Positions 1 through 12,775 of a stretch of 64,000 nucleotides of DNA are shown piece by piece. Positions within the stretch are counted from its first letter, which is position 1. The number at the start of each line of letters is the position of its first letter. Source of the stretch: Eledone cirrhosa (Eukaryota); assembly GCA_964016885.1 (NCBI GenBank), contig OZ024759.1, positions 25,110,001 to 25,174,000 of the forward strand, read 5' to 3'. Position numbers and translations under genes: made by a program. The notes below the pieces were generated by a model. The model made no database searches. It saw only the letters and a list, made by a program, of their open reading frames with translations, and was not told the DNA's origin.

Positions 1-236
1 ATAGAAACAACAACAACACTAGAGAAAGTAAAACAAAGACAACAACAGTGACAACAACAACAGCAGCAACAGTAACAATAACAGCAACAATAATAACACT
101 AGAGTAAGTAAAACAACGAGAGACAACAACAGTAACAACAACAACAACAGCAATCGCAACAACAACAAATGCAATCACAACAACAACAAAAACAGCAACA
201 ACAACAATAACAACAGCAGCAATGACAACAGCAAAT
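1..236. repeat. Degenerate (CAA)n/(CAG)n microsatellite
   Basis: Runs of caacaa/cagcaa/taa triplets; source of the spurious Cys-rich ORF 99..293. Confidence 0.9.
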
Positions 237-341
237 GGAATATTTGTTTAAAGATCCAATGTTAGGATTTCTAATTCCTTTAAAAGCTGTCATACTTAAT
301 TTGACTACTGTTTTAACATGTCGTTCAAAATTAATTGTTGA

Positions 342-374
<33 letters not shown>

Positions 375-393
375 TTATATATATATATATATA

Positions 394-735
394 TGATGTC
401 AATGTGCGTGAACGACTAAGCATGGACGAGTTGAGAGAGAAACTGTGTATAAGAGGAATAAACTGTAGTGTGTGGGAGAGAAGACTGCATTGGTATGGCC
501 ATGTGATTTGCATGGATGATGACAGCTGGGTGAAGAAGTGCCAAGTAATCCCAATGGAAGGAAAACGCAGTAAAGGAAGACCACAGAAAACATGGGCGGA
601 GGTGGTGAGAGCTGACTTCAGATCGCTGAAGCTCACAGACAAGATGACGAAGGACCATGATAAATGGGGAGATGCTGTCCTGAAGAGGACCCATCCCACC
701 CTTGCAATTAGGGAAAAGCGGATATATGATGATGA
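394..735 (+). mobile_element. 5'-truncated RTE-clade LINE 3' end (short-tail family)
   Basis: Translation RRLHWYGHVICMDDDSWVKKC...GRPQKTWAEVV matches the RTE C-terminal LRWYGH/GRP..TW motifs; ends ccttgcaattagggaaaagcgga+(GAT)n; 5' end abuts (TA)n. Confidence 0.85.
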
Positions 736-762
736 GGTTGATGTTATATATATATATATATA

Positions 763-791
763 CAGGGTGTGTGAAAAGAAACACCCTATTT

Positions 792-827
<36 letters not shown>

Positions 828-868
828 TTGTGTGTATGTGTGTGTAAATAGGGAGTTTCTTTTCACAC
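763..868. mobile_element. Tc1/mariner-type MITE with a microsatellite in its loop
   Basis: TA|CAGGGTG start; inverted arms gtgtgaaaagaaacaccctatttacacac / gtgtgtaaatagggagtttcttttcacac. Confidence 0.6.
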
Positions 869-879
869 TTTAAAGTCTG

Positions 880-1160
880 TCATGAGCTCGGAAGCACATC
901 AGGCCAGTGCTTATCCTGGTTTCCATAGCATGAAGCAACTGAGAGTACATGATTCCCACCAGAGTACATAACAGGACACCAGTCCATTTCAGGGTGAAAC
1001 CCCCAGCTGTTGCTGGTTCTCATTTTCAGCTGAGTATAGTGGAGCAATGTGAAATGAAGTGTTTTGCTCAAGAACACAACAAGCAACCCAGCCCAGGAAT
1101 CGAACCCACAACATTATGATCATAAGTCCAATACCCTCACCACTAGGCCACACACCTCCA
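880..1160 (-). mobile_element. tRNA-derived SINE with a Meta-like core
   Basis: Minus strand: A box tggcctagtgg, B box ggttcgattcc, core tgtgttcttgagcaaaacacttcatttcacattgctcc shared with SINE family B. Confidence 0.7.
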
Positions 1161-1319
1161 GTAATCCACCCAGCCATCCAACCAACTAGTCAACCATCCA
1201 CCCAGCCCAGAAGCGAGACAACCACCCAGTCACCCAACCAGCTAACCAGTTATCTCTAGAGACAATGTAACCAACAGCTGTTCCTTGTTTCAAGCAACTA
1301 AAGTCAACAATTGTACACT

Positions 1320-1940
1320 GAGCCATGCTGTGTACAGCTGTATTTAACTGTGTATTGCTGTGTTTAGCTGTGTATAGTTGTGTACAGCTGTATTTAATTG
1401 TGTATAGCAGTGTAGTGCTGTGTTGGGATGTGTAGAGCTGTGTATAGTTCTGTTGAGCTGTGTAGAGCTGTGTTGAGATGTGTAAAGCTGTGCATTGCTG
1501 TGTTTAGTTGCATATAACTGTGTTTATCTATATTTAGCTGTGTACAGCTGTTTTTAACTGTGTACAGGCGTGTAGAGTTGTATTGAGATGTGTATAGTTG
1601 TGTCTAGCTGTTTTGTTGTGTACAGCTCTGTGAAACTGTGTTGAGCTGAGTACAGCTATGTATAGCTGTGTTTATCTATGTTTAGGTATGTACAGCTGTG
1701 TTTAGTTGTGTACAGTTATGTATAGCTGTACACAGCTGCATTCAGCTGTGTTTGTATATGTTGAACTGTGTTTAGCTGTGTACAGCTCTGCGTAGCTGTG
1801 TCTAGTTGTGTACAGTTGTGTACAGCTGTGTTTAGCTGTGTACAGCTCTGTATAGCTGTGTTTATCTATGTTTAGCTGTGTACAGCTTTGTGTAGCTGTG
1901 TACAGCTTTGTGTAGCTGTGTACAGTTCTGTGTAGCAGTG
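1320..1940. repeat. Degenerate 10-bp minisatellite (CAGCTGTGTA-like)
   Basis: Recurrent agctgtgtac/agttgtgtac/agctgtgttt units. Confidence 0.85.
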
Positions 1941-2302
1941 TAGGCATGTGTGGATTTACATATCCTTTACTGTCCACCTTCTGTGTGGATGGATGTGTAT
2001 GTGTGTGTGTGTATTTGTGTGAATGTATATTTGTGTGAATGTATCTGTATGTGTGTGTGTGTATGTTTGTGTGAATGTGTGTGTGTATGTGTATTAGCAG
2101 CAGGATTTTCACCATGGAAGGCAGTGCAAACGTTTATTTGGCCTTCTTGTCTGTGTTCTGTATGTGTATGTGTGGATGTATGGGTGTGTGCATATGAATG
2201 TATGAGTGTATGCATATATGTATATGGATATATATGAATATGTGTACAGACATATGTGTGTATATGTATGAATGTATGTGTATGAGTGTATGTGTATGTG
2301 CA

Positions 2303-2361
<59 letters not shown>

Positions 2362-2517
2362 GTGTATGTATGTACCTGTATGAATGTAGATGTGTGTGTG
2401 TACAATGGAATGTAATGTCATAGTGAAGAAAGAGATGTATTGTTGTTATGCTAGAAGATGTCACTGAGTGACATAAGACAATAGAAAGAACTAGATAAAA
2501 ATAGAAAATAATAATAA

Positions 2518-2704
2518 TAATTGTTTCTACTTTAGGCACAAGGCCAGCAATTACCAGTACATTACTGGTACTTTATTTTATCGACCCCGTAAGGATGAAA
2601 GGCAAAGTTAACCTCGGCGGGATTTGAACTCAGAATGTAAAGGGACGTAACTATGCTAGAAAGTATGGCGTCCAACCCTCTACCGATACTGCCAATTCAC
2701 CGCC
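2518..2704 (-). mobile_element. SINE family A (tRNA-derived, Nin-domain-like core), full length
   Basis: Minus strand ggcggtgaattggcagtatcggtagag...gagttcaaatcccgccgaggttaactttgcctttcatccttacggggtcgataaaataaagtacc...gccttgtgcctaaagtagaaacaatt(att)n; many copies in the window. Confidence 0.85.
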
Positions 2705-2984
2705 TTTAAAAATAGAAAATAATAATAATAATGATAACTGATGAAATGCACAGCAATCACCACCAGTACCACTAACACCACCATCACCACTTCCACCAAT
2801 ACTACAATTATCAGTACTAGCACGTCTACGATTACCACTACCACTTCTACCATCACCACCACCACTACCATCCACCACCAATACCACTAATACCACCACC
2901 TCCAATACCATCATACAATGAGACCCAGTGAAAATGTCTCCCATAGTACCACACACATGGTAACATTTATAAATTTCCCACAAG

Positions 2985-3612
2985 TTACCTACTGTGGGAA
3001 CACTTATAAATCTTTCCCAAAGTGCCATCTTGTGGGAACATTTACAAATTTCAAACAAGGTACCATCTTGTAGGAACATATATTAATTTCACACAAGGTA
3101 CCATCTTGTAGGAACATATATTAATTTCCTACAAGGTACCATCTTGTAGGAACATATATTAATTTCCTACAAGGTACCATCTTGTAGGAACATACATGAA
3201 TTTTCCACAATGTACCATCTTGTAGGAACATATATTAATTTCCTACAAGGTACCATCTTGTAGGAACATACATGAATTTTCCACAAGGTACCATCTTGTA
3301 GGAACATATATTAATTTCCTACAAGGTACCATCTTGTAGGAACATACATGAATTTTCCACAAGGTACCATCTTGTAGGAACATATATTAATTTCCTACAA
3401 GGTACCATCTTGTAGGAACATATATTAATTTCCTACAAGGTACCATCTTGTAGGAACATACATGAATTTTCCACAAGGTACCATCTTGTAAGAACATACA
3501 TGAATTTCCCACAAGAGGCCATCTGGTGGGAACATTTATAAATTTCCCCCCAAAGAGCCCTCTTGCAGAAACATTTATAAATTTTCCCACAACATACTCT
3601 CTGGTGGGAACA
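2985..3612. repeat. 38-bp minisatellite with internal hairpin
   Basis: Unit caaggtaccatcttgtaggaacatatattaatttccta; period 38 (taccatc at 3061 and 3099); degenerate at both ends. Confidence 0.9.
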
Positions 3613-4499
3613 ATTCTAAATCAACACCCCCTCACCAAGAGCTACTCAGTGGGAAGAAGCCTGAAATAAAATTTGCAAAGCAAACTTTTTAACCAGACAG
3701 CCAAGTTTGAATTCAGTCAATAGTATATATATCAGTGTCAACATATAAATATATATATGTGTGTGCGTGTGTGTGTGTGGATATATATATATATATACAA
3801 TCAGTCAACATTATATGTGTGTGTATATAGTAGAAACAATTATATGTGTGTGTATATATATATATATATAATCAGTCAACAGTATATATAGTATCAATCA
3901 GCATTGTGTGTGTGTGTGTGTATACATATATACATGTGTGTGTGTGTGTGTGTATGTATGTATCCATCAATGGCAACAGTTTAATTAGCAATTCAGTGAA
4001 AGTTCAAAGAATATTTACAACTATGTTAATAATTTCGAAACGATTTGTTTACAAAAATTAATTTAAAAAAAGAAAAGAAAAATAAAAGCTCCAAAAACCA
4101 CCCACTTATCATGCAGTCTGATTAAATCACATTAGCTGTAAATTAATGTAACATCCAGCCCCTGCTCCACCCCCAACCCTCAACCTCTCGCGATACCATA
4201 AAGTTTATTTGTAGTGCTTCATTACCCATAAAATCGTGGAAAGTCTAACTGAAACAAGATATAACTTTTGAAGTACTCTAATTGAAGTTTTAAACCTGCT
4301 ATTGTCATGAACTGATACTAATCATATCTGTGTTAATTAACTGTGATTGTGATTACAGAAATGCAATTTTTAACAAAGGAGGCATTTAATTACGATATAT
4401 TTCCCCACAGCTGCGAAATATAACAGAATTTTCAAATACTGTATTACAGTATATTATTAAAATATGAGAAACATAATAATATATCATCATTTTAAGCAC

Positions 4500-4652
4500 T
4501 GTTGAATATTCCTGATTAAGTCTTTCCACAATTCACAATTTTCCATTGCTCTTGGCAACTGCACCCTACTGAGGTTTGTACTATCTGAGAGTTGATTGAT
4601 GAAGGTTTGAGGCCTTCTTTTACTATCTCCCACAAGTTAGTTCCCACAATAT

Positions 4653-4683
<31 letters not shown>

Positions 4684-4995
4684 TTATATCATCATCATTG
4701 CGATATTCTTAACAAAGTCTCTCCACAATTCACAATTTTTCGTCGCTCCTGTTAACTGCTCCTTACAGAAGTTTGTATCATCTGAGAGTTGATCAATGAA
4801 GGTTCAAGCAGATCTTCCTCTACCGCTTCTCTCATGAGTTGGTTCCCACAATAGCAGCTTGTGTATAACTTCCTGCTTACTTCTCCAGCAATGTCCTGCA
4901 AATCCTAACCATCTTTCAGCAATTGTAGTTGTTATTTTGAGCAAGTATCCATATAAACTCTCATTTGTAATACATTGATGCCATTTTATGGATGG
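4500..4995 (-). mobile_element. Old RTE-clade LINE 3' fragment (third family) with partial local duplication
   Basis: Minus-strand translation AERWLGFAGHCWRSKQEVIHKLLLWEPTHERSGRGRSA*TFIDQLSDDT (~4780-4920); similar segment repeated at ~4500-4650. Confidence 0.7.
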
Positions 4996-6602
4996 ATGGA
5001 ACTCTTAAAAATACTGTATTATGGTAATTAGGCAGTGAATTGAATGAGTTGTTAGAAAATCAGATAGAATGCTTTGCAGTATTTGTTTTGGCTTTCTGCT
5101 CCCTGAGTTCAAATTCCACTGAGGTCAACTTTGCCTTTCATCCATTCGAGGTCGCTAAAAAATATACAAGTCTAATACTAGAGTCAATTCTTCATCTATA
5201 TCTCTTTCTATCTCTCTCTATCCTTCTCTAGAAGAAATCTACTGTGTTAAGACCTATATGTCAATACGGCACACCTAGGACTAACCCAGGAGGGAGTTAC
5301 AGGACCGTACATATAGTATATTATTAAAATATGAGAAACATAATAATTGTTTCTACATATGGTACAAGGTCAGTAATTTGAAGCGAAGGGGAAAGTTGAC
5401 TAAATCGACCCAGTGTGTTACTGGTACTAGTACTACATAATGAGACCTACACAACTCTTTAAAGTTGCAATTCGGAATAACACAACATCATTGCATCTTC
5501 TGAACACATAAATATATGTGATTCAACAATCGATGTAATTATTTAAATTTGCAAACCTGCATGACCCATGTCATCATAAAAGATATGAAATATGTAATGA
5601 AATTAGCAAAAGAAACTCCTAGGAGAGCTGGATAGAAGTTTTTCAAAGAAGAAACTCCTCCTCAAGCAAGGGTTCTAGCCCTTAACTTCTTACACATACT
5701 ATATATATTCTATATATAGGTGGTAAGAAACTCCAAGAAGAAGAAGGCAAAGAAGAAGAAGAAGACGGCAAAGAAGAAGAAGAAGAAGAAGAAGAAGGCA
5801 AAGAAAGAAGGCAAAGAAAGAAAGAAAGAAAGAAAGAAAAAGAAAAAGAAAAAGAAGACAGACAGACGAAGAAGAAGGTACAGAGCTAAACATGTAAATT
5901 ATATAATTAATTCAAAGAAAGAAATGAAAGTTGCAATATTTTGTTTGATCTGTGGATGTTTTAACAGTTTTTTAAACAAAAAAAGCAACAGGAGAAATTA
6001 ATGAGGCAACATACCATAGTTTGTTGTTGTAGTAAATTGGTCTGTCTTATTGTTGCTTGTTGTGTTGATGTTGTCATCTTGTTGTTGGTGTGTTGTTAGT
6101 GTTTATATCTTGCTGGTTGTGTTGGTGTTGTTGTTGTTATCTTGTTGTTAGTGTTTATATCTTGCAGTGGGTGTTGTTGATGTTATCTTGTTGTTCGTGT
6201 TTATATCTTGCTGTGGGTGTTGTTGTTGTTATCTTGTTGTTGGTGTGTTGTTAGTGTTTATATCTTGCTGTGGGTGTTGTTGTTGTTATCTTGTTGTTGG
6301 TGTGTTGTTAGTGTTTAGATCTTGTTGTTGGTGTGTTGTGTGCTGATATGCATTAATGTGTGTTGTGTGTTGATGTGTGTTTGTATTGGTGTGGTGTGTG
6401 TTGGTATGTTTGGTGTTTGTTTATATTTTGTTGGTTGTGTGTTACTGTGTGTTGTGTGTTGGTATGGTTTTGCGCATGTGTGTGCGTGCATGTGCATGTG
6501 TAGATCTGTGTGTGTGTGTGTGTCTTGCTGTTTATTTACCTCGGTGTTTATTCGTTGTTCTTGTTTGTTTGTTTTTATCTCAATCCTATCAAGAGTACCT
6601 TA

Positions 6603-7165
6603 CAACAACAACAGACAAGACCAGACAACTACAGTCAAAACCAAACAACAACAGTCAAGACCAGACAACAACAGTCAAGACCAAACAACAACAGTCAAAA
6701 CCAGACAACAACAGTCAAGACCAGACAACAACAGTCAAGACCAGACAACAACAGTCAAGACCAGACAACAACAACAGTCAAGACCAGACAACAACAGTCA
6801 AGACCAGACAACAACAGTCAAAACCAGACAACAACAGTCAAAACCAGACAACAACAGTCAAAATCAGACAACAACAGTCAAGACCAGACAACAACAGTCA
6901 AGACCAGACAACAACAGTCAAGACCAGACAACAACAGTCAAGACCAGACAACAACAACAGTCAAGACCAGACAACAACAGTCAAGACCAGACAACAACAG
7001 TCAAAACCAGACAACAACAGTCAAGACCAGACAACAACAGTCAAAACCAGACAACAACAGTCAAAACCAGACAACAACAGTCAAGACCAGACAACAACAG
7101 TTAAGACCAAACAACAACACCAGACAACAACAACAGACAAGACAACAACAACAGACAAGACCAAA
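6603..7165. repeat. 20-bp minisatellite ACAGTCAAGACCAGACAACA
   Basis: Highly homogeneous tandem unit; produces stop-free ORFs in all three + frames (6322, 6377, 6510). Confidence 0.95.
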
Positions 7166-8142
7166 CAACAACAACAACAACAACAAAAGCTAAGTGAGAG
7201 CCATGATAAAATCATGTTGGATTATGATACAAAATGGATTCTATTCAATATGAGAAGAGTTTAAGATCAATTTGTTTACCAATTATTTATTTGGATATGA
7301 AGCAGTCTCTCCCCACCCCTCCACATACCCCCTTCTCTTCTTCCATGACCTCTTCCTCTCTCTTCTTTCTCACTCACCCCATATACCCCTTCTCTCTCTG
7401 TTACCCCCTCCCTCTCACATCTTTCTCTCCCTCTCTCACTGCCCCTGTATACTTCCTCTCCCTCCCTCTCAGCTGATGTCAACAGTATTCCACACAATTT
7501 CATATACCTGTCATAGACATCACCAAGGTAGTTTCCTCCTTTGATCTCAACACTAAAAAGGAAACTGCTTTCATGATCATTAAAGCTTCATCACCATCAT
7601 TGTCATAATCATTGGCATCATTACCATCATCAGCAGCAGCAAAACCATCACCATCATAATCATTATCACCACCATCACCATCAGCACCACTGACATCATC
7701 ATCACCACCACCATGATCATCATCACCACCACCACCACTGCCGTTGCCTTCATCATAATCATTGGCATCACCATCGTCACCACCATCACCACCACCACCA
7801 CCACCACCACCACCACCATCCTTATAACCATCATCACCACTATCATCACCACCACCAGTCATTTCCACCATCACAATCATAACCATCACCACCACCATAA
7901 CCATCACCCCCACCATCATCACCATTATCACCACCATCATCATCATCATCAACATCACCATCATCAATGTTAGTAACAACAGTTTGGTATTTCTAGAAGA
8001 TCAAACTCATTTTCAATCAATATATATTTATTTCATCAAATATCTGATAAGTCTATTAAATTCATCCATCAAAGGAGTAATTAAGATTTTAACGAGAGGG
8101 ACACTTTAAATGAACCTAAAGAATACAAGGATCCTAAGTGAA

Positions 8143-8293
8143 CTTCTTTGCCCACTTATTCTTGGGAGGGTCACGGGGGCAAAGTCCTCACGGAGGCAAC
8201 TCCTTCAAGTGGGTCCTGTCAGAAGCAAGTTTCCAACTGATCCGGCTGGATCACCAAGCGTGACCAACCAAGCTGATGGATGTTATCCAACCA
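8143..8293 (-). mobile_element. RTE family 2 (Rex3/Expander-like) 3' end fragment
   Basis: Minus strand WLDNIHQLGWSRL... then aataagtgggcaaaga tail, same as the + strand copy at 51410-51870. Confidence 0.7.
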
Positions 8294-8870
8294 ATGATGA
8301 TGACTGATGACAGCAATGATGATGACAGTGATGATGCTGACGATGATAATGATGATGATGACAATGATGATGACAATGATGATGACAATGATGATGATGA
8401 TGACAATGATGATGATGATGATGACTGATGATGAAGATGATGATGATGACAATGATGATGACAATGATGATGACGATGATGATGACAATGATGATGACAA
8501 TGATGATGATGATGATAACAATGATGATGATGATCATCATGACAATGATGATGAAGATGATGATGATGACAATGATGATGAAGATGATGATGATGACAAT
8601 GATGATGACAATGATGATGATGATGATGACAATGAAGATGATGATGACAATGAAGATGATGGTGAGAATGATGATGACAGTGACAATGAAGATGATGATG
8701 ACGATGATGACAATGATGATGATGATGACAATGAAGATGATGATGACAATGAAGATGATGGTGAGAATGAAGATGATGGTGAGAATGATGATGACAGTGA
8801 CAATGAAGATGATGTTGATGACAACAGTAATGACAACAGAGACGACACTGACAATGAAGACAGTGACGCT
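8294..8870. repeat. Degenerate (GAT)n/(GAC/AAT) triplet repeat
   Basis: gatgatgatgacaat units; source of the poly-D and poly-M ORFs. Confidence 0.95.
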
Positions 8871-9830
8871 ATTACAAACAACAATAGAGCTATAAAAACA
8901 GTTGTCAGCTAATTACATTATTTTCATCAGTGATCAAAGACAAAGATGAGAAAACCTGTAGCAACATGTCTACATACCTGGTGGTGGTGGGGGGGGGGGG
9001 GGTGATGGGGGGGGTATGTGTGTGTGTGTGTGGGTGATGATGGTGATGGTGATGGTGGTGGTAGTGGTGGTGGGGTGATGGTGGTGTGGAAGGAGGGGGA
9101 TGATGGTAATGGTGGTGGTGGTGGTGGTGGTGGTGGTGGTGGTGGTTGTGATGGTGGTGATGGCGGTGGTGATGGAAGTAGTAGTGGTGGTGGTCATGGC
9201 CCACCTTACTTGATGGTGGTGGTGGTGGTGGTAGTGGTGGTCACGGTGGCCCACATGCCTGATGATCATGATAGTGATGGTGTTGATGATGATGATGATG
9301 ATAGCCCACATGCCCGATGATGATGATGATGATCATCATCATCATCATGATGGACCACATGCTTGATGATGATGATGATGATGATGGTTTAACACTCCTT
9401 CTCCCTCCCCGACCACATTGTCAACTCCAACCCACAGAGATGACAATCCTGCTTATAGGTTTACAACCACATGAAATACTTCAGTTGAGGGTGGGGTGGG
9501 GTGTAGGGGGAAGGAGGGATAGAGGAGGGAGAGAGAAGGGGGGAGAGGGAGGGGAGGGAGAGAGAATAAGAGACAGCATCCACACTACACGCAAACACAC
9601 ACACACAAAGACAACAGCAACACACATCTACACACTATACACACACATCTTCACACTACACACACAACCACACATATACATAGACACCCACATCTATACA
9701 CAACATCCACATACACACTACACCCACATCTATACACAACATCCACATATACACGCACATCTACACACTTTTCAAGACATTTTATTTATCAAAGCTTTGT
9801 CGTTATCAACACCTTTCATATTGAACACGG

Positions 9831-10167
9831 CATCATCATCATTATCATTTAATTTTACGTCCGCTTTTTCTCTGCTTGCAAGGGTGGGACGGGAACTGAT
9901 TCTAGCTTGATTTCTACAGCTGGATGCCCTTCCTAACACCAACCTCATTTACAGTGAGTGCTGGGTGCTTTTTTGCCGTGGCACCTCCACGACCACTTTG
10001 CAGTGGAATGATATGGACCCCAGTCCCTATCATCTCATTTCTACAGCTGAGTAAACTGGAGCAACGTGAAATAAAGTGTCTTGCTCAAGGAAACAACACA
10101 TCACCCGGTCTGAGAATTGAACTCACAACCTTTCGATTGCAAGGCCAATGCTCTAACCACTAAGCCA
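9831..10167 (-). mobile_element. SINE family B (tRNA-like head, Meta-like core, RTE-type tail)
   Basis: Minus strand tggcttagtggttagagcattggccttgcaatcgaaaggttgtgagttcaattctc (A and B boxes) ... gcaagcagagaaaaagcggacgtaaaa+(GAT)n; near-identical copies at 36267 and 49985. Confidence 0.85.
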
Positions 10168-10784
10168 ATCTTAATCTATGTACACATCAAAATATGGGAT
10201 TATTGATTATTGATAAAATCAATCAGAATTTAGTGTAGATCAATGAATTGGTTAAGAAGTTGATTTTGAAGTTGTAGAGTTTCAAGTTCCATTCCACAGT
10301 GTGGCATCGTGGGCGAATGTCTTAATCAAAATGATAAATACACCCAATACACTCTGTAAAGTGGTTGGTGATAGAAAGGGCATTCAGCTGTAGAAATCTT
10401 GCCAAACAAAGGGGTCAGGAGGATCCTCAGTTGTTTTAAAGACAGCCTCCCTAGTGGTTGGTGACCTACACAATAAACACATCCAGTACACTCTGTAAAG
10501 TGGTTGACATCCAGCCATAGAAAGCTTATCAAACAAGGATTGGACGGGTCTACATAGACCAAGTCAGTATTGAAGCGGAGCCACTTATCTCCCATGCAGG
10601 CCAAGGATCAGTGCCTTGCTTTATGTACGGTTGACACTTCACAGAGTTCACAGGAGAGGTTGTCATGTCTTTTGACACAATTGAGGGTCCCGCCGACCCT
10701 TTATTTGGCAAGCTTTCTACCAATAGGTACTCTGAAGGAATTTTGTACAGTTAAACACATAAATATATAATGTTGCTGTCATAT

Positions 10785-11310
10785 CTTTTTCTTCTTCTAC
10801 GCCCACTTATTCCTAGTGAGAGTCATGGGAGAGCAGAGTCCTCAAGTACATTTTCTTGCAGCTGGTTCTGTCAGAAACAACTGTCTCCAATTGCACCAGC
10901 TGTATTGCCAATTGAAACCAGCTGAGCTCATGGCTACTTTACATGTCATATATATTTTAAATTCGTCTTTGCCCACTCTTTCCTAAGAGGGTCATAAGGG
11001 ATGGGACAGAGTCCTCAAGTATGCTTTTGAGAAAGCCCTGTCAAAAACACCCATCTCCAATTGATCCAGCTGGATCCCCAAGCAAGACCGGCTGAGCTCT
11101 AGATGCTTATATATCATTCATATTTTAAATTTGTCTTCTTCTTCAACCACTCATTCCTGGGAGGGTCATAGGAGAGCAGAGTCCTCAAGCACACTTTCTT
11201 CTAACGGGTCCTGTCAGAAGCACCTTTCTCCAATTGATCCAGCTGGATTCCTGATCCCCAACCAAGACCAGCCAAACCCTTGGATACTATACTTTTCGTA
11301 TTTTTAAATT
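10785..11310 (-). repeat. Three tandem ~170-bp units derived from the RTE family 2 3' end
   Basis: cccacttattcc..gggtcatagg..agagtcctcaag..ctgtcagaa..ctccaattgatccagctgga repeated at ~10800, ~10970 and ~11145. Confidence 0.65.
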
Positions 11311-11500
11311 CTTTTGTTTCTATCTCGTAACTTTGCAGTTTTATAATAACATACATATGTGAAAAGCATCAACAACAACAGTAATAGCTTGATGAACTGC
11401 AAACCATGTAAAAGTATCTGCAGTTTAACTGTCACAACAACAACAAAAGAAACAGCTTGAATTCCAAATGGGGAAGAGCAGAGGGTGGCAGACTCTACAC

Positions 11501-12011
11501 CAGAGGTTCTCAAAGTAGGCACTACCACCTCCTAGGGGGTGTTAAGAAGATCTAAGGGGCTCTGGGGCCTAACGGGGTGGTGGTGGTGGTGGTGGTGGTG
11601 GATAGAGATGATATAATAGTATATTAAATATCAAATGATACGCGGTGGATTGGCAGTATCGGTAGAGGGTCGGATGCCATGCTTTGATGCATAGAGTTAC
11701 GGCCCTTGCCATTCTGAGTTCAAATCCCGCCGAGGTTAACTTTGCCTTTCATCCTTACGGGGTCGATAAAATAAAGTACCAGTAATACACTGGTTATTTG
11801 CTGGCCTTGTGCCAAAAGTAGAAACAATTATATTAAAATATAGTAAAAAAAATATATATAATATTTATTATATATAAATTAACGATTTTATTTATCATAT
11901 ATTATTTACAATTTGCGTGTAGTCAGGTCTCTCTGGAAATAGGGTTGGGGGGCGCTGAGGGTATTAAGTGACCGTGTGGGGGCAGTGACCCAAAAAGTTT
12001 GAGAACTTCTG
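11501..12011. mobile_element. hAT (Buster/Charlie-type) MITE containing a nested SINE A
   Basis: TIRs cagaggttctcaaa / tttgagaacttctg (13/14); 8-bp TSD CTCTACAC at 11493-11500 and 12012-12019. Confidence 0.85.
11641..11833 (+). mobile_element. SINE family A nested in the hAT MITE
   Basis: Full-length gcggtggattggcagtatcgg...agtagaaacaattat copy. Confidence 0.85.
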
Positions 12012-12667
12012 CTCTACACCTAAGTCAAAGCGGTGTTTTGGCTGTGGCCCGAGGACAAAATGGCAAAGGGATTTCTGTGGAGACCCGCTGCAACAGCCAC
12101 TCCACCTAGCAGGGCTCCTTCCTCAATTTCACCGTCACAACAACAGTAGCAGCAGCTTGACTAAAGTGCCCAAAGTATAGAATTATCTGTAATTTCACTG
12201 TCAAAACAACAACAACAGTAACAGCTTGATAAATTGCACACAGTGTAGAATTATCTGTAATTCCACTGTCAGAACAACAACAGCAGCCACAACAACAGTA
12301 ACAGATTGCAAAATGCCACATCATATTGTTAGTGTGCGTCCTGTTTAACATAGGACATTTAACACACAGTGTTCATATGTACAAAATTAAACGCATACTA
12401 TTCATATATATACATTAAACACACACACACAATTCATATATACAACATTAAACACACAGTTTTCATGTATAATTATCTGTCATACAAGATGACATCGATA
12501 ATGCAATAAAGGTATTTTCCTGTTAACAACACCTGTCTTAAACTCATCTATTCAGGCATTCAGTTGTATATACATTTACGTATCTTTGAATGATCATTGT
12601 GTGTGTGTATATGTGCAAGTCTATATATATATATGTGTGTCTGTGTGTAAGTACATCAATGGGACAA

Positions 12668-12775
12668 TGGCTGTATGGATAAGGGTTTACTTTACAACTA
12701 TGTGGTTCTAATTTCGGTCCCACAGTGTGGCATTTTGGACAAGTGTCTTCTACTATAGCCTCAGGTTGACCAATG
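12668..12775 (+). mobile_element. SINE family C head (tRNA-derived, CORE-like segment)
   Basis: tggctgtatgg (A-box-like) ... tttcggtccc (B-box-like) followed by gtggcattttggacaagtgtcttctactatagcctc; related degenerate head at ~10245-10325. Confidence 0.6.

Noticed and set aside
2985-3612. CRISPR-like array of palindromic repeats
   Set aside because: Linkers are short and repeated rather than unique spacers, there are no cas genes, and the context is eukaryotic
6322-7264. Long ORFs of 227-295 aa (QDQTTTVKTRQQQSRPDNNS repeats)
   Set aside because: The 20-bp unit is not a multiple of 3 and all three frames are open, so this is a repeat artefact
8307-8912. Asp-rich acidic protein resembling biomineralisation proteins
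   Set aside because: Pure (GAT)n-derived microsatellite, open in several frames, with no signal peptide or splice context
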